From an uncultured Chloroflexia bacterium (lineage in GTDB: Bacteria; Chloroflexota; UBA6077; JACCZL01): a stretch of DNA of 64,000 nucleotides. The position numbers were made by a program, and so were the translations under genes. This document shows, one piece after another, positions 1-9,102 of this stretch; position 1 is the first letter of the stretch; every line of letters starts with the position of its first letter. The notes under the pieces were generated by a model. It was not told the origin of the DNA. It saw only the letters and a program-made list of their open reading frames with translations, and ran no database searches. The stretch covers positions 64,001-128,000 of the forward strand of contig CAVXYC010000002.1 of the NCBI GenBank assembly GCA_963765765.1, read 5' to 3'.

Positions 1-356
1 GACTGGATTTCCGCTTCGATGCCCGGGAATGCTTTCATGAAAGCGTCGACACCCTCGCGGAAACCAGCACCCACGGGCGTCTGAATGACGACCTTGCCTT
101 CTTTCTTGGCGGCATCAACGAGTGCATCCCACTGAGCCTGGAAGGTAGAGGCGGCGGGGGCCTTGGCAACGGCAGGGACCGACTCTGGTGCGGTGGTGGG
201 CGGGGCGGCAGGAGGCGGTGCGGGGGCCGGCGGCGCAACGGCCGGGGCCGAGGTTGGCTGTGGCGGCGCGGCCTGGCTGCAGGCGGCTACTAGTAAGCCG
301 GTGGAAGCTGCGCCCATCACCCGGATGAAGCTGCGGCGAGTCACTAGGTCAGGCAT
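1..356 (-). CDS. ABC transporter substrate-binding lipoprotein (Fe3+/thiamine-type), 5' part only; runs off the window
   Basis: My translation from ATG at 356: MPDLVTRRSFIRVMGAASTGLLVAACS...WDALVDAAKKEGKVVIQTPVGAGFREGVDAFMKAFPGIEAEIQS. Twin-Arg plus lipobox, GGAG RBS upstream, paralog of 1953..3131. Confidence 0.85.
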   Translation of the reverse strand, partial: MPDLVTRRSFIRVMGAASTGLLVAACSQAAPPQPTSAPAVAPPAPAPPPAAPPTTAPESVPAVAKAPAASTFQAQWDALVDAAKKEGKVVIQTPVGAGFREGVDAFMKAFPGIEAEIQ

Positions 357-502
357 GGCGTTCTCCTTGGACCCATTGGGCGGGAGATGCACGAATATTC
401 AGACGGCTACGTGATCGGCACTGCTCTCGAAAACTCCTTCGTGTCCACTCTTGAATGATTTGCGGAGCCGGCTCGACTCGCCGGCTCCGCTGATCACCGT
501 TA

Positions 503-571
503 CTAGCTGGCCAGGGACTTCAAGAAGTCCTGCGTGGTGACAGTTTTCGCGATCCAGTCTTCCTGAGTAGG
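503..571 (-). pseudogene. Orphan C-terminal fragment of another substrate-binding protein paralog
   Basis: Translates as PTQEDWIAKTVTTQDFLKSLAS*, matching the C-termini PTQEELIPKISETQDFLKTLAS* (gene ending 1953) and PTNEDWLPRTGDTQEYLKKLQS (gene ending 593). Confidence 0.75.
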
Positions 572-592
572 ACCCTGGTCGCAGTCTAGGGC

Positions 593-1812
593 TTAATTCG
601 CGGGGCGCTCGCTCTGGAGCTTCTTGAGGTATTCCTGGGTGTCGCCTGTCCTGGGGAGCCAATCTTCGTTGGTCGGATCGATGGTCCTGCCGGAGCCAGG
701 GGCCGTGGCGGGATCGACCGCGGGCACGTCAAGGCGGGCGCTATTTTGATTGGCGTTCTTACTCCAGATCGACTGGCCCTCCTGCGTAAGAAGCCAGTTG
801 ATGAAAAGCTTACCGGCCGTGGGGTGAGGAGCCTTGTTGTAGATGCCAGTCACCTCGCCGCCGCCGTATCCGAAGAAGTCAAGGTTCTTGATGTGGCCCG
901 CCAGCCCCTCCTTGACGAAGTCTTGCATGATGATCGGGTGGAGCCCAAACCCAATGGGTACGGCGCCCCGAATCAGCGCTTCAATGGATTGCCGCCGATC
1001 GCGAACGATCTGTGGCTCCTGCTCCACGAAGAGCTTGTGGAGAAACTCCTCACCCTTCTCGTCGCGGAGAATCGTGCTTGGCGTATAGATGTATCCCTGA
1101 ACGAGGTCACTCGTGACGATCTTCCCTTTCCACTTTGGGTTCAGGAGATCGTCAACGGTCGTGATCTCACCCTCGCCAATCAGGTTGGTATTGATGTAGA
1201 TGGGCCGTGTGACCGACACGCCGTAGCGGAAGACGTGTGACTTCGTCAGGTCGGCCCAGCGCCCGTCATATCCCTGGAACCATGCTTTGTCATCCAGAAC
1301 ATCGGGCCGGATTATCAGCGGCCTGACCGGGTCAATGAAGCCCTGCGGCTTCAGGACCTGGAGGAGCGGCGTGACGGTGGTCGCCAGGACATCCACGGAG
1401 TAGATGCCGGCCTGTCGCTCGCTGGTGATCTTAGGTATATACGTGGCGGAGTCTGGGAACGGTGAGTGCTCGGCTTCTATTCCGGGGAACGCCTTGGAGA
1501 ACTGCTCCACCGACTCGCGGTACCCGGCCCCGGCGGGTGTCTGGACAACGACCTTGCCTTCCTTCTTGGCGGCGTCTGACCAGGGCGTCCCACTCAGCCT
1601 GGAAGTCCTTCGCGGCCGCGGGCGCCGCGCCTTCGGTTTTTGGCACGGCCGGGGCGGTTGTCGGTGGCGCGGCTGCTGGAGCGCTGGTCGGTTTCGCCGG
1701 CGCTGCGGTTGGCTGAGGGAGAAGCGGCTGAGCTACAGGCCGCCACCAGCAGACCCGTGGATGCGGCTCCTGCAAGTCGTAAGAAGTTTCGTCTGGTCAC
1801 GTTCTCTGCCAC
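593..1812 (-). CDS. ABC transporter substrate-binding lipoprotein (Fe3+/thiamine-type), frameshifted near 1715 and 1578
   Basis: Tat/lipobox N-terminus MAENVTRRNFLRLAGAASTGLLVAAC (ORF 1594..1812), linker in ORF 1431..1775, core in ORF 593..1510 with DDLLNPKWKGKI and KAPHPTAGKLFINWLLTQEGQ. Confidence 0.85.
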
Positions 1813-1952
1813 GATGGACTCCCTTCGTGTACCAACCGGGATGTCGCGCCTGATCTCCGTCCTTCAATTCGAGATTGCGCACCCCGAGAACGAGGCGACA
1901 CTGGAGTGTTGAGCTCCAGCATCGCCTCATGATTTGCGGGCGATGATAGGAA

Positions 1953-3131
1953 TTAACTCGCGAGCGTCTTCAAGAAATCCTGCGTTTCGCTGATTTTTGG
2001 GATCAGCTCCTCTTGAGTCGGATCACCGTAATCAACCTTGCCCGGCGCGACGGACGGGTCGACGACAGGTACGTCGAGGCGGGCGCTATTGATATTGAGC
2101 GCCTTGGACCAGACCGTCTGGCCTTCCTTCGTGAGTAGCCAGTTTGCGAACACCTTGCCCGCGTTGGGATGTGGCGCCTTGTTGAAGAGCACCACGATCT
2201 CGCCTCCGGTGGTGCCGGCGCCGGGTAGATCCAGAGCCTTGACGTTATTGGCCAGCCCATCGCGCACGAACTCGTTGAGTACCAGCGGATGCAGTCCAAA
2301 GCCAACGTGAGCCCCGCCGCGGATCAGCGTTTCAATCGTCTGCCGACGGTCGCGGATGATCTGCGGCTCCTGGCCCACAAACAGTCTGCGTAGCCAGTCC
2401 TCACCCTTGGTCTCTCGAAGGAGCGTCGACGGTGTGTAGACGTAGCCCTGTGAGAGGTCACTGGTGACGATCTTGCCGCCCTTCCATTTCGGGTCCAGCA
2501 GGTCGTCAAGCTGCTTGATCTCGTCCTCTTTCACGAGGTCCGTGTTGATGAAGACAGCGCGTGTAGCGGAGAACTGGTGCTTGAACACCATGTTGTGCTC
2601 GGTGTCGGACCACCGCCCATCCAGACCCTTGTGCCAGGCTTTGTCATCCAGCGCTTCGGGATGGATGATCGCTGGCTTGAGCGGGTCGTAGGTGCCTTCC
2701 CCTTTGAGGATCTGCAGCACGGGTACGACCGTTGTAGAGGCGACGTCGAATGTGTAGACCCCGGCCTTGCGCTCGTTCTGGATTTTTGGAACGAACGTCG
2801 CGCCGTCCGGAAAGGACTGGATCTCGGCTTCAATCCCGGGGAACGCTTTCATGAAAGCGTCCACGCCTTCGCGGTAGCCAGCTCCCACGGGCGTTTGAAT
2901 GACGACTTTGCCTTCCTTCTTCGCCGCGTCCACCAGCGCGTCCCATTCGCTTGTCTTGGCCGCGGCCGGCGCGGTCTGCGGGGCTGTGCCAGCCGCGGGC
3001 GCCGCGGTGGCTGCCCCCGAGGCCGGCTGTGCTGGGGCCGCTGCCGAGCTACATGCTGCCGCGAGCAGGCCTGAAGAGGCCGCGCCCAACATCAGCATGA
3101 AATCGCGTCGAGTGAAGTTTCGTGTCATCAA
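1953..3131 (-). CDS. ABC transporter substrate-binding lipoprotein (Fe3+/thiamine-type)
   Basis: TRRDF twin-Arg, LAAAC lipobox, DDLLDPKWKG and APHPNAGKVFANWLLTKEGQ motifs. Confidence 0.9.
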   Translation of the reverse strand: MMTRNFTRRDFMLMLGAASSGLLAAACSSAAAPAQPASGAATAAPAAGTAPQTAPAAAKTSEWDALVDAAKKEGKVVIQTPVGAGYREGVDAFMKAFPGIEAEIQSFPDGATFVPKIQNERKAGVYTFDVASTTVVPVLQILKGEGTYDPLKPAIIHPEALDDKAWHKGLDGRWSDTEHNMVFKHQFSATRAVFINTDLVKEDEIKQLDDLLDPKWKGGKIVTSDLSQGYVYTPSTLLRETKGEDWLRRLFVGQEPQIIRDRRQTIETLIRGGAHVGFGLHPLVLNEFVRDGLANNVKALDLPGAGTTGGEIVVLFNKAPHPNAGKVFANWLLTKEGQTVWSKALNINSARLDVPVVDPSVAPGKVDYGDPTQEELIPKISETQDFLKTLAS

Positions 3132-3155
3132 TGTCTCCCTAGATGCCTGCGGTCG

Positions 3156-4895
3156 CTAGGACACGCCTTTGTAGCCGAATCTCCGTGCCAGGAGTGCCAG
3201 CCCCAGGCTTACCAGCAAGAGGATCGTGGCGATGACCGCCGCAACTTCATACTTGCCTTCCGAGATGTAATCGAGCTGCATGATGGACAGCGGACGAATG
3301 GCGGAATTTGACAGCAGCGCCACCTGCGAAATGTTTCGTCCAGCGGAAATGAAGCTAATGATTCCAATAACGACCAGTGTTGGACTGATCAACGGCAAGA
3401 CGATCCGCCGATAGGTATGCCACCACGAACCGCCAGTGATGAATGAGGCTTCTTCCAGCTCAGTACTGAGCTGACCAAAGGCGCCTTTCATGTTCTGCAC
3501 CGCGAACGGCATGCTGGAGATCATCAGTGACAACACAAGCGTGAACATCGTTCCGTACAGCGGTCGGGCAACCGGCTGGAGGAACATGGTCAAGAGCGCC
3601 AAGCTCAAGATCAGGCCCGGCACGGTGAACGGAAGCCAGGAGAAGTAATCCAGGAACGTGCGGCCCCAGAACCTCGATCGAGTAATGACGTACGCGATCA
3701 AGGAGAAGATGACCAGCGAGGCGACGGCCGTGCTCAGTGCCAGGACGACCGTGTTCTGCAGTGCACGGATAAGCAATCGGTCATTGAATGCCGTCATCCA
3801 GTTGTTAACCGTCCAGGGCTCGGCGGTGAAGAAGCCAAACTTCTTCATGAACGTGGCCAGGAGCGAAGAGAAGATGGGCACGGCAACGATCAGGAACACA
3901 AGGAGGCACAGGAATGCGAAGGCCACCCAGCGCATGCGGCCCAGTTTGATCACGTTGCCCTGAAACTGACCGGTAAGCGTGGTGTATCGACGAGTACCGA
4001 TGATGGCTCGCTGGAGGGCCACGAAAGAGAGACCGACAAGGATCATGACCACGGAGAGCGCCGCCACCGAGTCAAACCGCGGGCGGACCTGCGCAAGCGT
4101 GTCGTAGATCCAGGTGCTCGCCACAAAGAAGCGTATGGGCGTTCCTAGGATCTGTTCGATCTCGAACGCCTCGAGCGAGCGCAGCAGCGCGAGAAACTCA
4201 ACGGCCACGATGGCGGGCAGCATGAGCGGAACGAAGATGCGAATCGCTGTGCTAAATGAGCTTGCCCCGGACACTCGGGACGCTTCCTCGAAGCTGGAGT
4301 TCATGTTGCGGAAGACGGGCGTCAGCAGCATCACTTTGATGGCGATGCTGGTGCCCACCAGGTGTACCCAGACGATTCCCCAGAAGGAGAAGATATTGAA
4401 CGGCCCGATGCCCATGGCCGTGAGGCCGGACGATTGAAGGAATTGGTTGATCACGCCAAAACGTGGGTCGAGCAAGAACACCCATCCCAGGGTTACCGTC
4501 AGGCTCGGGAAGAAGAACGCGATCCAGAAGAGGAACTCGAAGACCCGCCCAAACGGAACGTCGGTGCGCGCGAGCAGCCAGGCGATGAAGACGGCTACGA
4601 CGAGCGCAATGGATTGGCGCGCCAGCGCTACGGTAATGGTGTTCCAGGCTGCGGTTTGCAGAGCGCGATCGCTGAAGACTGACTGCCAGCCATCGAGGGC
4701 CCAGCGCACCTCTTCACCCGGGCGAGACGTTTGAAAGCTCTGAAGGACAATCTGAATGATCGGGTATACCGCGACAACGGCCACGACGATAAGTAGCAGC
4801 GTGCACAGCACTTGCCCGGCGCTCAGTTGTTGGATCCGCGAGGAGAGTGAGAGACGTCGCGGTTGTTCTCGGGAGAGCTCAGCGTTGCCTAACAT
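3156..4895 (-). CDS. Iron(III)/thiamine-type ABC transporter permease (FbpB-like, two fused permease modules)
   Basis: 579 aa, many TM segments, two EAA loops (SFEEASRVSGAS, ELEEASFITGGS). Confidence 0.9.
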   Translation of the reverse strand: MLGNAELSREQPRRLSLSSRIQQLSAGQVLCTLLLIVVAVVAVYPIIQIVLQSFQTSRPGEEVRWALDGWQSVFSDRALQTAAWNTITVALARQSIALVVAVFIAWLLARTDVPFGRVFEFLFWIAFFFPSLTVTLGWVFLLDPRFGVINQFLQSSGLTAMGIGPFNIFSFWGIVWVHLVGTSIAIKVMLLTPVFRNMNSSFEEASRVSGASSFSTAIRIFVPLMLPAIVAVEFLALLRSLEAFEIEQILGTPIRFFVASTWIYDTLAQVRPRFDSVAALSVVMILVGLSFVALQRAIIGTRRYTTLTGQFQGNVIKLGRMRWVAFAFLCLLVFLIVAVPIFSSLLATFMKKFGFFTAEPWTVNNWMTAFNDRLLIRALQNTVVLALSTAVASLVIFSLIAYVITRSRFWGRTFLDYFSWLPFTVPGLILSLALLTMFLQPVARPLYGTMFTLVLSLMISSMPFAVQNMKGAFGQLSTELEEASFITGGSWWHTYRRIVLPLISPTLVVIGIISFISAGRNISQVALLSNSAIRPLSIMQLDYISEGKYEVAAVIATILLLVSLGLALLARRFGYKGVS

Positions 4896-5178
4896 ACTTG
4901 CCCCTTCGGGTCGCTGCTGCCTCGTTCATTGAGGATTGCACGCAACTCCGCGTTTTCCACCGCACCGTCGCGTTTCGTCTGCTGGCGTCCGCCGGAAAGC
5001 GCCTGGGCCCCGGCCGATCTGGTACGCATGCCATTCCTCCATGGCTGGCCCCGCCTCGTTGCAGAGCATTCACTGGCAGGCAAGTGGCTTCGCGCTGCGC
5101 TCCATACCTAGCGCCTCGCGTCACCTTCTCGTGAGTGACCTTCGAGCATAATAGGGCGCGAATTCACTCAGCAACAAA

Positions 5179-5222
5179 AAGTCCGGCCCAACTATTAAGA
5201 AGTCTGCTCCAACTATTAAGAA
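5179..5222. promoter_or_regulatory. 21-bp tandem direct repeat in a divergent promoter region (possible regulator site)
   Basis: AAGTCCGGCCCAACTATTAAG / AAGTCTGCTCCAACTATTAAG, 18/21 identical, AT-rich core. Confidence 0.45.
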
Positions 5223-5318
5223 TGAAGACGAATAGTGTCTGTGAGGATTGCGTCTGTGCCGAATGTGCGCGCTTCTCAAATGTGAGCAGAACGGTAGAAT
5301 CGCACTGGAGGAACAGCC

Positions 5319-6071
5319 ATGTACGGCGCTCGCGGCCGCATCGGCCACATTTGCCCCTCGATTCCACTCGACATGATCATCAATGAATTCCAGGCGGTGC
5401 TCCCAGACGACGTACTTGCCGTTTATACGTCGCTCTACATCGAGCGGTTGCAAAAATCGGACTTCGATCGTGCAATCGCCACCATTGATACGGCAGCCGG
5501 TCACATGGTGGAGGGCGAGGTTCAGTGCATCATCGTGGGCGGTGGGCCGGTCGTTGCGATGCTAGGCTCGGACGAGGCCGTCGTGGAGCGCACGCGAGCC
5601 ATTGCCAAGGTCCCTACTCAGAGCACGACGGGCGCGATGCTGACAGGGATTCAACAGCTTGGCGCGAAGCGGATCGTTCTAGCAACGCCGTACACCGATG
5701 AGCGAAACGCACTTCTCCGGACGTATCTCGAGAGCCAGGAATTCACCATCGCCGGCATGCGCGGATTGGGGTACGCGCGCGCCATGGACATCTCCAGGCT
5801 GCCCTTCGATGCTACGTACCAGCTAGCCTGCGAAGCGGCTGAAGCCAGCACCGATGCCGAGGCGATCTACATGCCCTGTGCGCGGATGCCCGTGGTGCGC
5901 AATATCGACGCCATCGAGCGAACAACGGGGCTACCAGTGGTCACCAGCACTCAATCCATGGTCTGGTGGGGCCTGCGAGCGATGGGTCTTGATGACAAGC
6001 TCGAAGGATTCGGCCGATTGCTGACCGAGCCACTGCCCAAGGACGCGGCGAGAGCGACCGTTCCGGCCTGA
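5319..6071 (+). CDS. Asp/Glu racemase superfamily protein (maleate isomerase / arylmalonate decarboxylase-like)
   Basis: MYGARGRIGHICPS start, LGAKRIVLATPY, AIYMPCARM, IERTTGLPVVTSTQ. GGAGG RBS. Confidence 0.85.
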   Translation: MYGARGRIGHICPSIPLDMIINEFQAVLPDDVLAVYTSLYIERLQKSDFDRAIATIDTAAGHMVEGEVQCIIVGGGPVVAMLGSDEAVVERTRAIAKVPTQSTTGAMLTGIQQLGAKRIVLATPYTDERNALLRTYLESQEFTIAGMRGLGYARAMDISRLPFDATYQLACEAAEASTDAEAIYMPCARMPVVRNIDAIERTTGLPVVTSTQSMVWWGLRAMGLDDKLEGFGRLLTEPLPKDAARATVPA

Positions 6072-6133
6072 GGTTTATGGTATTTGGAGGAGGCGTACGC
6101 CCAGAAGAGCAATATCCGCTCCCGCCGGCCGGG

Positions 6134-7342
6134 TTAAGCCACCGGTGCCTTCTTCAACGTCTCCTTCGCAAAGACCAGAAGGAGGATCATTGAAACCACG
6201 TGCAGCGGGGTAAACGCCAGCATCGCTATCGATGGCGATGCGAACGTGGCCACCGCGCCGCCAAGAGCGGGGCCACACAGTGATCCGGCATCGCCCGCCG
6301 CGCGTCGGAACGATTGGAACTGACCCCGTACTTCGGTCGGAACGATGTCATAGGTATAGGTTGTCATTGCCCCGAGCCCAAACCCGGTTGCGATTCCGGC
6401 GATGATCGATAGTACCGAGAGCAGCGGGATCCCGGTGACGAAGCCGTAGCCGAGCGAGATGATGAGCGAGCAGAGTGCCGCGAGAACTGCCGGGGCCTTC
6501 CGACCGATGTGGTCCGAAACGAATCCCGCGGGCGCGATCATGCCCAGCGTCACTGCGCCTATGATGCCGAACTGAAAGGCAAGATCCGCCTCCGTAAAGC
6601 CCAGCTCATTCACCATGAGCAGTGGCAGAATGCTCTGCTGCGTCTGCATCCGTACAAACGCTGCGAACGTGCCGAGAATCAAGATCACGTATGTCACGCG
6701 GTACTGGGCGGGAAGCAGGTGTAGCTGCGTCAGGGCAAAGGTGAACCCGCCGCTGGACGATCGCCGTGCGGTCCCGCTTTCATGAACGGCCAGGCCGAAC
6801 GCGGCGGATGTCAGGGCGATGATCGCGGCAAGCAAGAACACGGCGTGAAAGTCCAGGAATGTGAGCAGGAATCCACCGATCACCGGCCCCATCGCGGAGC
6901 CAGTATTGGTGAGCCCAAAGATGCCGCTCATCGCACGTCCCCGCTGCCCGGGCGCTACGAGGTCTATCGTGGCCAGCTCGCGGGCCAGGAGCCAGAGGCT
7001 ACCACCGACACCGGCGATGAATTGCGCGGCAAGCAGTAGCCAGAACGTTGGGGAAAGCAACGCGCCGATGCTACTGATTCCGAGGAGCCCTGCTCCGATG
7101 ATCAGCGATTTCTTCGGTCCAAATCGGTCCACGAAGACGCCCGAGGGGAGCCCGGATAGCACGCGTCCAAGAATTTGCGCTGTCACCACCTGCGCGGCCA
7201 TGCCGGGCGCCACGTCAAAGCGGACCGAGAGAGATGGAATGAGTGGCACGATCATCGTCTGTGCCATGGCCACGAACAGTGACGGGATGTAGACGATGGC
7301 GAGCGAGCGGAGCAGCTCATTGCGCTGCGTGACGCTACCCAT
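6134..7342 (-). CDS. MFS transporter
   Basis: About 12 TM segments, motif A GVFVDRFGPK and GFVSDHIGRK. Confidence 0.9.
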   Translation of the reverse strand: MGSVTQRNELLRSLAIVYIPSLFVAMAQTMIVPLIPSLSVRFDVAPGMAAQVVTAQILGRVLSGLPSGVFVDRFGPKKSLIIGAGLLGISSIGALLSPTFWLLLAAQFIAGVGGSLWLLARELATIDLVAPGQRGRAMSGIFGLTNTGSAMGPVIGGFLLTFLDFHAVFLLAAIIALTSAAFGLAVHESGTARRSSSGGFTFALTQLHLLPAQYRVTYVILILGTFAAFVRMQTQQSILPLLMVNELGFTEADLAFQFGIIGAVTLGMIAPAGFVSDHIGRKAPAVLAALCSLIISLGYGFVTGIPLLSVLSIIAGIATGFGLGAMTTYTYDIVPTEVRGQFQSFRRAAGDAGSLCGPALGGAVATFASPSIAMLAFTPLHVVSMILLLVFAKETLKKAPVA

Positions 7343-7498
7343 CTATCGAAGTGCTCATGGATTGCTCATGCATGCCCGAGAAGGGCACGACAGTAAATGA
7401 TGCAATGGCCGATAGGGATCCGTGAATGATGGTGTGAGCGCTGCTGACTCGGATGACTTTAGCAGAGACTAAGGCATGGCAGATGCTCATGTCTGCAG

Positions 7499-7542
7499 GA
7501 CATGCAAAAGGCCGTCACGATCGTGACGGCCTTTTGCATGTC
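7499..7542. terminator. Perfect 44-bp palindrome, probable intrinsic terminator of the 7568..7963 gene
   Basis: GACATGCAAAAGGCCGTCACGATCGTGACGGCCTTTTGCATGTC, with A and T tracts flanking the GC stem. Confidence 0.7.
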
Positions 7543-7567
7543 GAGCGTTCGCTAGATGCCTGGAGAG

Positions 7568-7963
7568 CTAACTCACTAGGGGTGTAGCGGTGACTGATTC
7601 GATCTGACCGCCGAGAACCTGAATTTCGGGCGTGAGACCCGGCCGGTCGTACGTTTCCTGTGACGTAAAACTCACCAACGGAGCTTGAGTTTGGGTGCCG
7701 TTCCAGGAAATCTGCTGGGAATTTGTGATTCCACCAATTTCCACAGTGGGAGCGTGCAGCCGGACCAAACCAGAGATCTGATACGTCCCCGCAGCTGCTA
7801 TCGCGAGGCGTCGCGTGGACATCACGGGCGGAAGTACTGCCGCGCTTACGGATGGAACAGCACCGAACGAGGCCACAGGCGAGCCGGCTAGAGACGCGGC
7901 ACCCAGGGCTTGTCCGGTCATGGCGGTACCGGTGAGTTTGAGAAAGGTGCGTCGCTTCATCAT
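7568..7963 (-). CDS. Small Tat-exported hypothetical protein
   Basis: MMKRRTFLK twin-Arg signal, beta-rich mature part, followed by a terminator. Confidence 0.7.
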   Translation of the reverse strand: MMKRRTFLKLTGTAMTGQALGAASLAGSPVASFGAVPSVSAAVLPPVMSTRRLAIAAAGTYQISGLVRLHAPTVEIGGITNSQQISWNGTQTQAPLVSFTSQETYDRPGLTPEIQVLGGQIESVTATPLVS

Positions 7964-8206
7964 GGTGAGTCCAGTCTAGCACGGGGCCCTTGGCCGTGCT
8001 AGCGAAAGTAATCGACGTATCTCCTACGCATGATGACTACGAACGGTTCTACCGGTAACCATCAATGGTGCTCACCAGTGGAGGCAATGGAGGTCCCGTT
8101 CGGGGTTCTTTGTCCAGGCCTTCTTTTCGATATTATGGACAGGAAACCGTGGACCCGAGACAATCGTAGTAGGTCTTAGTGAGCGGCGGCCGGGCCGGTC
8201 GTCAGA

Positions 8207-8998
8207 TTGCCCGTTTGGAGTGACAGCATGTGGAATACGTTCTCGACTGACGCCGTCCCCGGCATTAATTCCCGGTTGGTGACCATGTCGAGCATGATGG
8301 GCGACGAGATCAATGCCTACCTGGCGCGGCAGGATGGTCCCGGGCCGTATCCCGGAGTAGTACTTATCCCTCACGACGGCGGCTTTGATGAAATTCTCTT
8401 CGAGTATGCCGGCCGCTTTGCGATGCACGGCTTCACAACGATCGTGCCAAACATCTTCGCACGCTACGGTCACGGCGCGCCGGATGATGTGACGGCGCGC
8501 GCTCGAACGGATGATGGACTTGGTGACGATACTGTCGTCGCTGACGCGCATGGGGCGCTTCGCTACCTGAATGCCTTGCCCAACAGCAATGGAAAGGTTG
8601 GTGTGATTGGCTTCTGTTCGGGCGGCAGGCACGCGGTGCTATCCGCTTCGCTCGTGCCCGAATTCAACGCGGTTGCTGACTGCTGGGGTGGCCGCGTCAT
8701 CCAGACTCCTGAACAGACCACCGCGAAGATGCCGGTCGCACCAATCGATCTCACGCCGCAGCTTAATGCGCCGATCATCGGCATTTTCGGGAACGAAGAT
8801 ATGGGGCCCAGTCCAGCCCAGGTAAACCAGCACGAGGAGGCTCTCCAGGCGGCGGGGAAGACGTACCAATTCCACCGCTATGACGGTGTAGGTCATGGCA
8901 TCTGGTACTTCGATCGCCCGAATTATCGGCAGCCGGCCGCGGCGATTGATAGCTGGAACAAGGTCGAGGACTGGTTCAACCAGTATCTCGGAGGTTAG
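8207..8998 (+). CDS. Dienelactone hydrolase family protein
   Basis: GVIGFCSGG nucleophile motif, GIFGNED, YDGVGHG. Start may be the ATG at 8228. Confidence 0.9.
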   Translation: MPVWSDSMWNTFSTDAVPGINSRLVTMSSMMGDEINAYLARQDGPGPYPGVVLIPHDGGFDEILFEYAGRFAMHGFTTIVPNIFARYGHGAPDDVTARARTDDGLGDDTVVADAHGALRYLNALPNSNGKVGVIGFCSGGRHAVLSASLVPEFNAVADCWGGRVIQTPEQTTAKMPVAPIDLTPQLNAPIIGIFGNEDMGPSPAQVNQHEEALQAAGKTYQFHRYDGVGHGIWYFDRPNYRQPAAAIDSWNKVEDWFNQYLGG

Positions 8999-9102
8999 AC
9001 GTAGTAATGCTCTGGTAGTGGCGCACACTGCGCCTCACGAGCGCGACTCGTTGATACACTGAAGCATGCCAGGCGGCGACTCGCCGCGGGCATGCTTCTT
9101 TC

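Noticed and set aside
593-595. Selenocysteine or pyrrolysine recoding to explain the in-frame extension
   Set aside because: The stop codon is TAA, not TGA or TAG.
7964-8206. Riboswitch upstream of the Tat protein gene
   Set aside because: Only a short hairpin at 7976-8002; no known aptamer consensus recognised.
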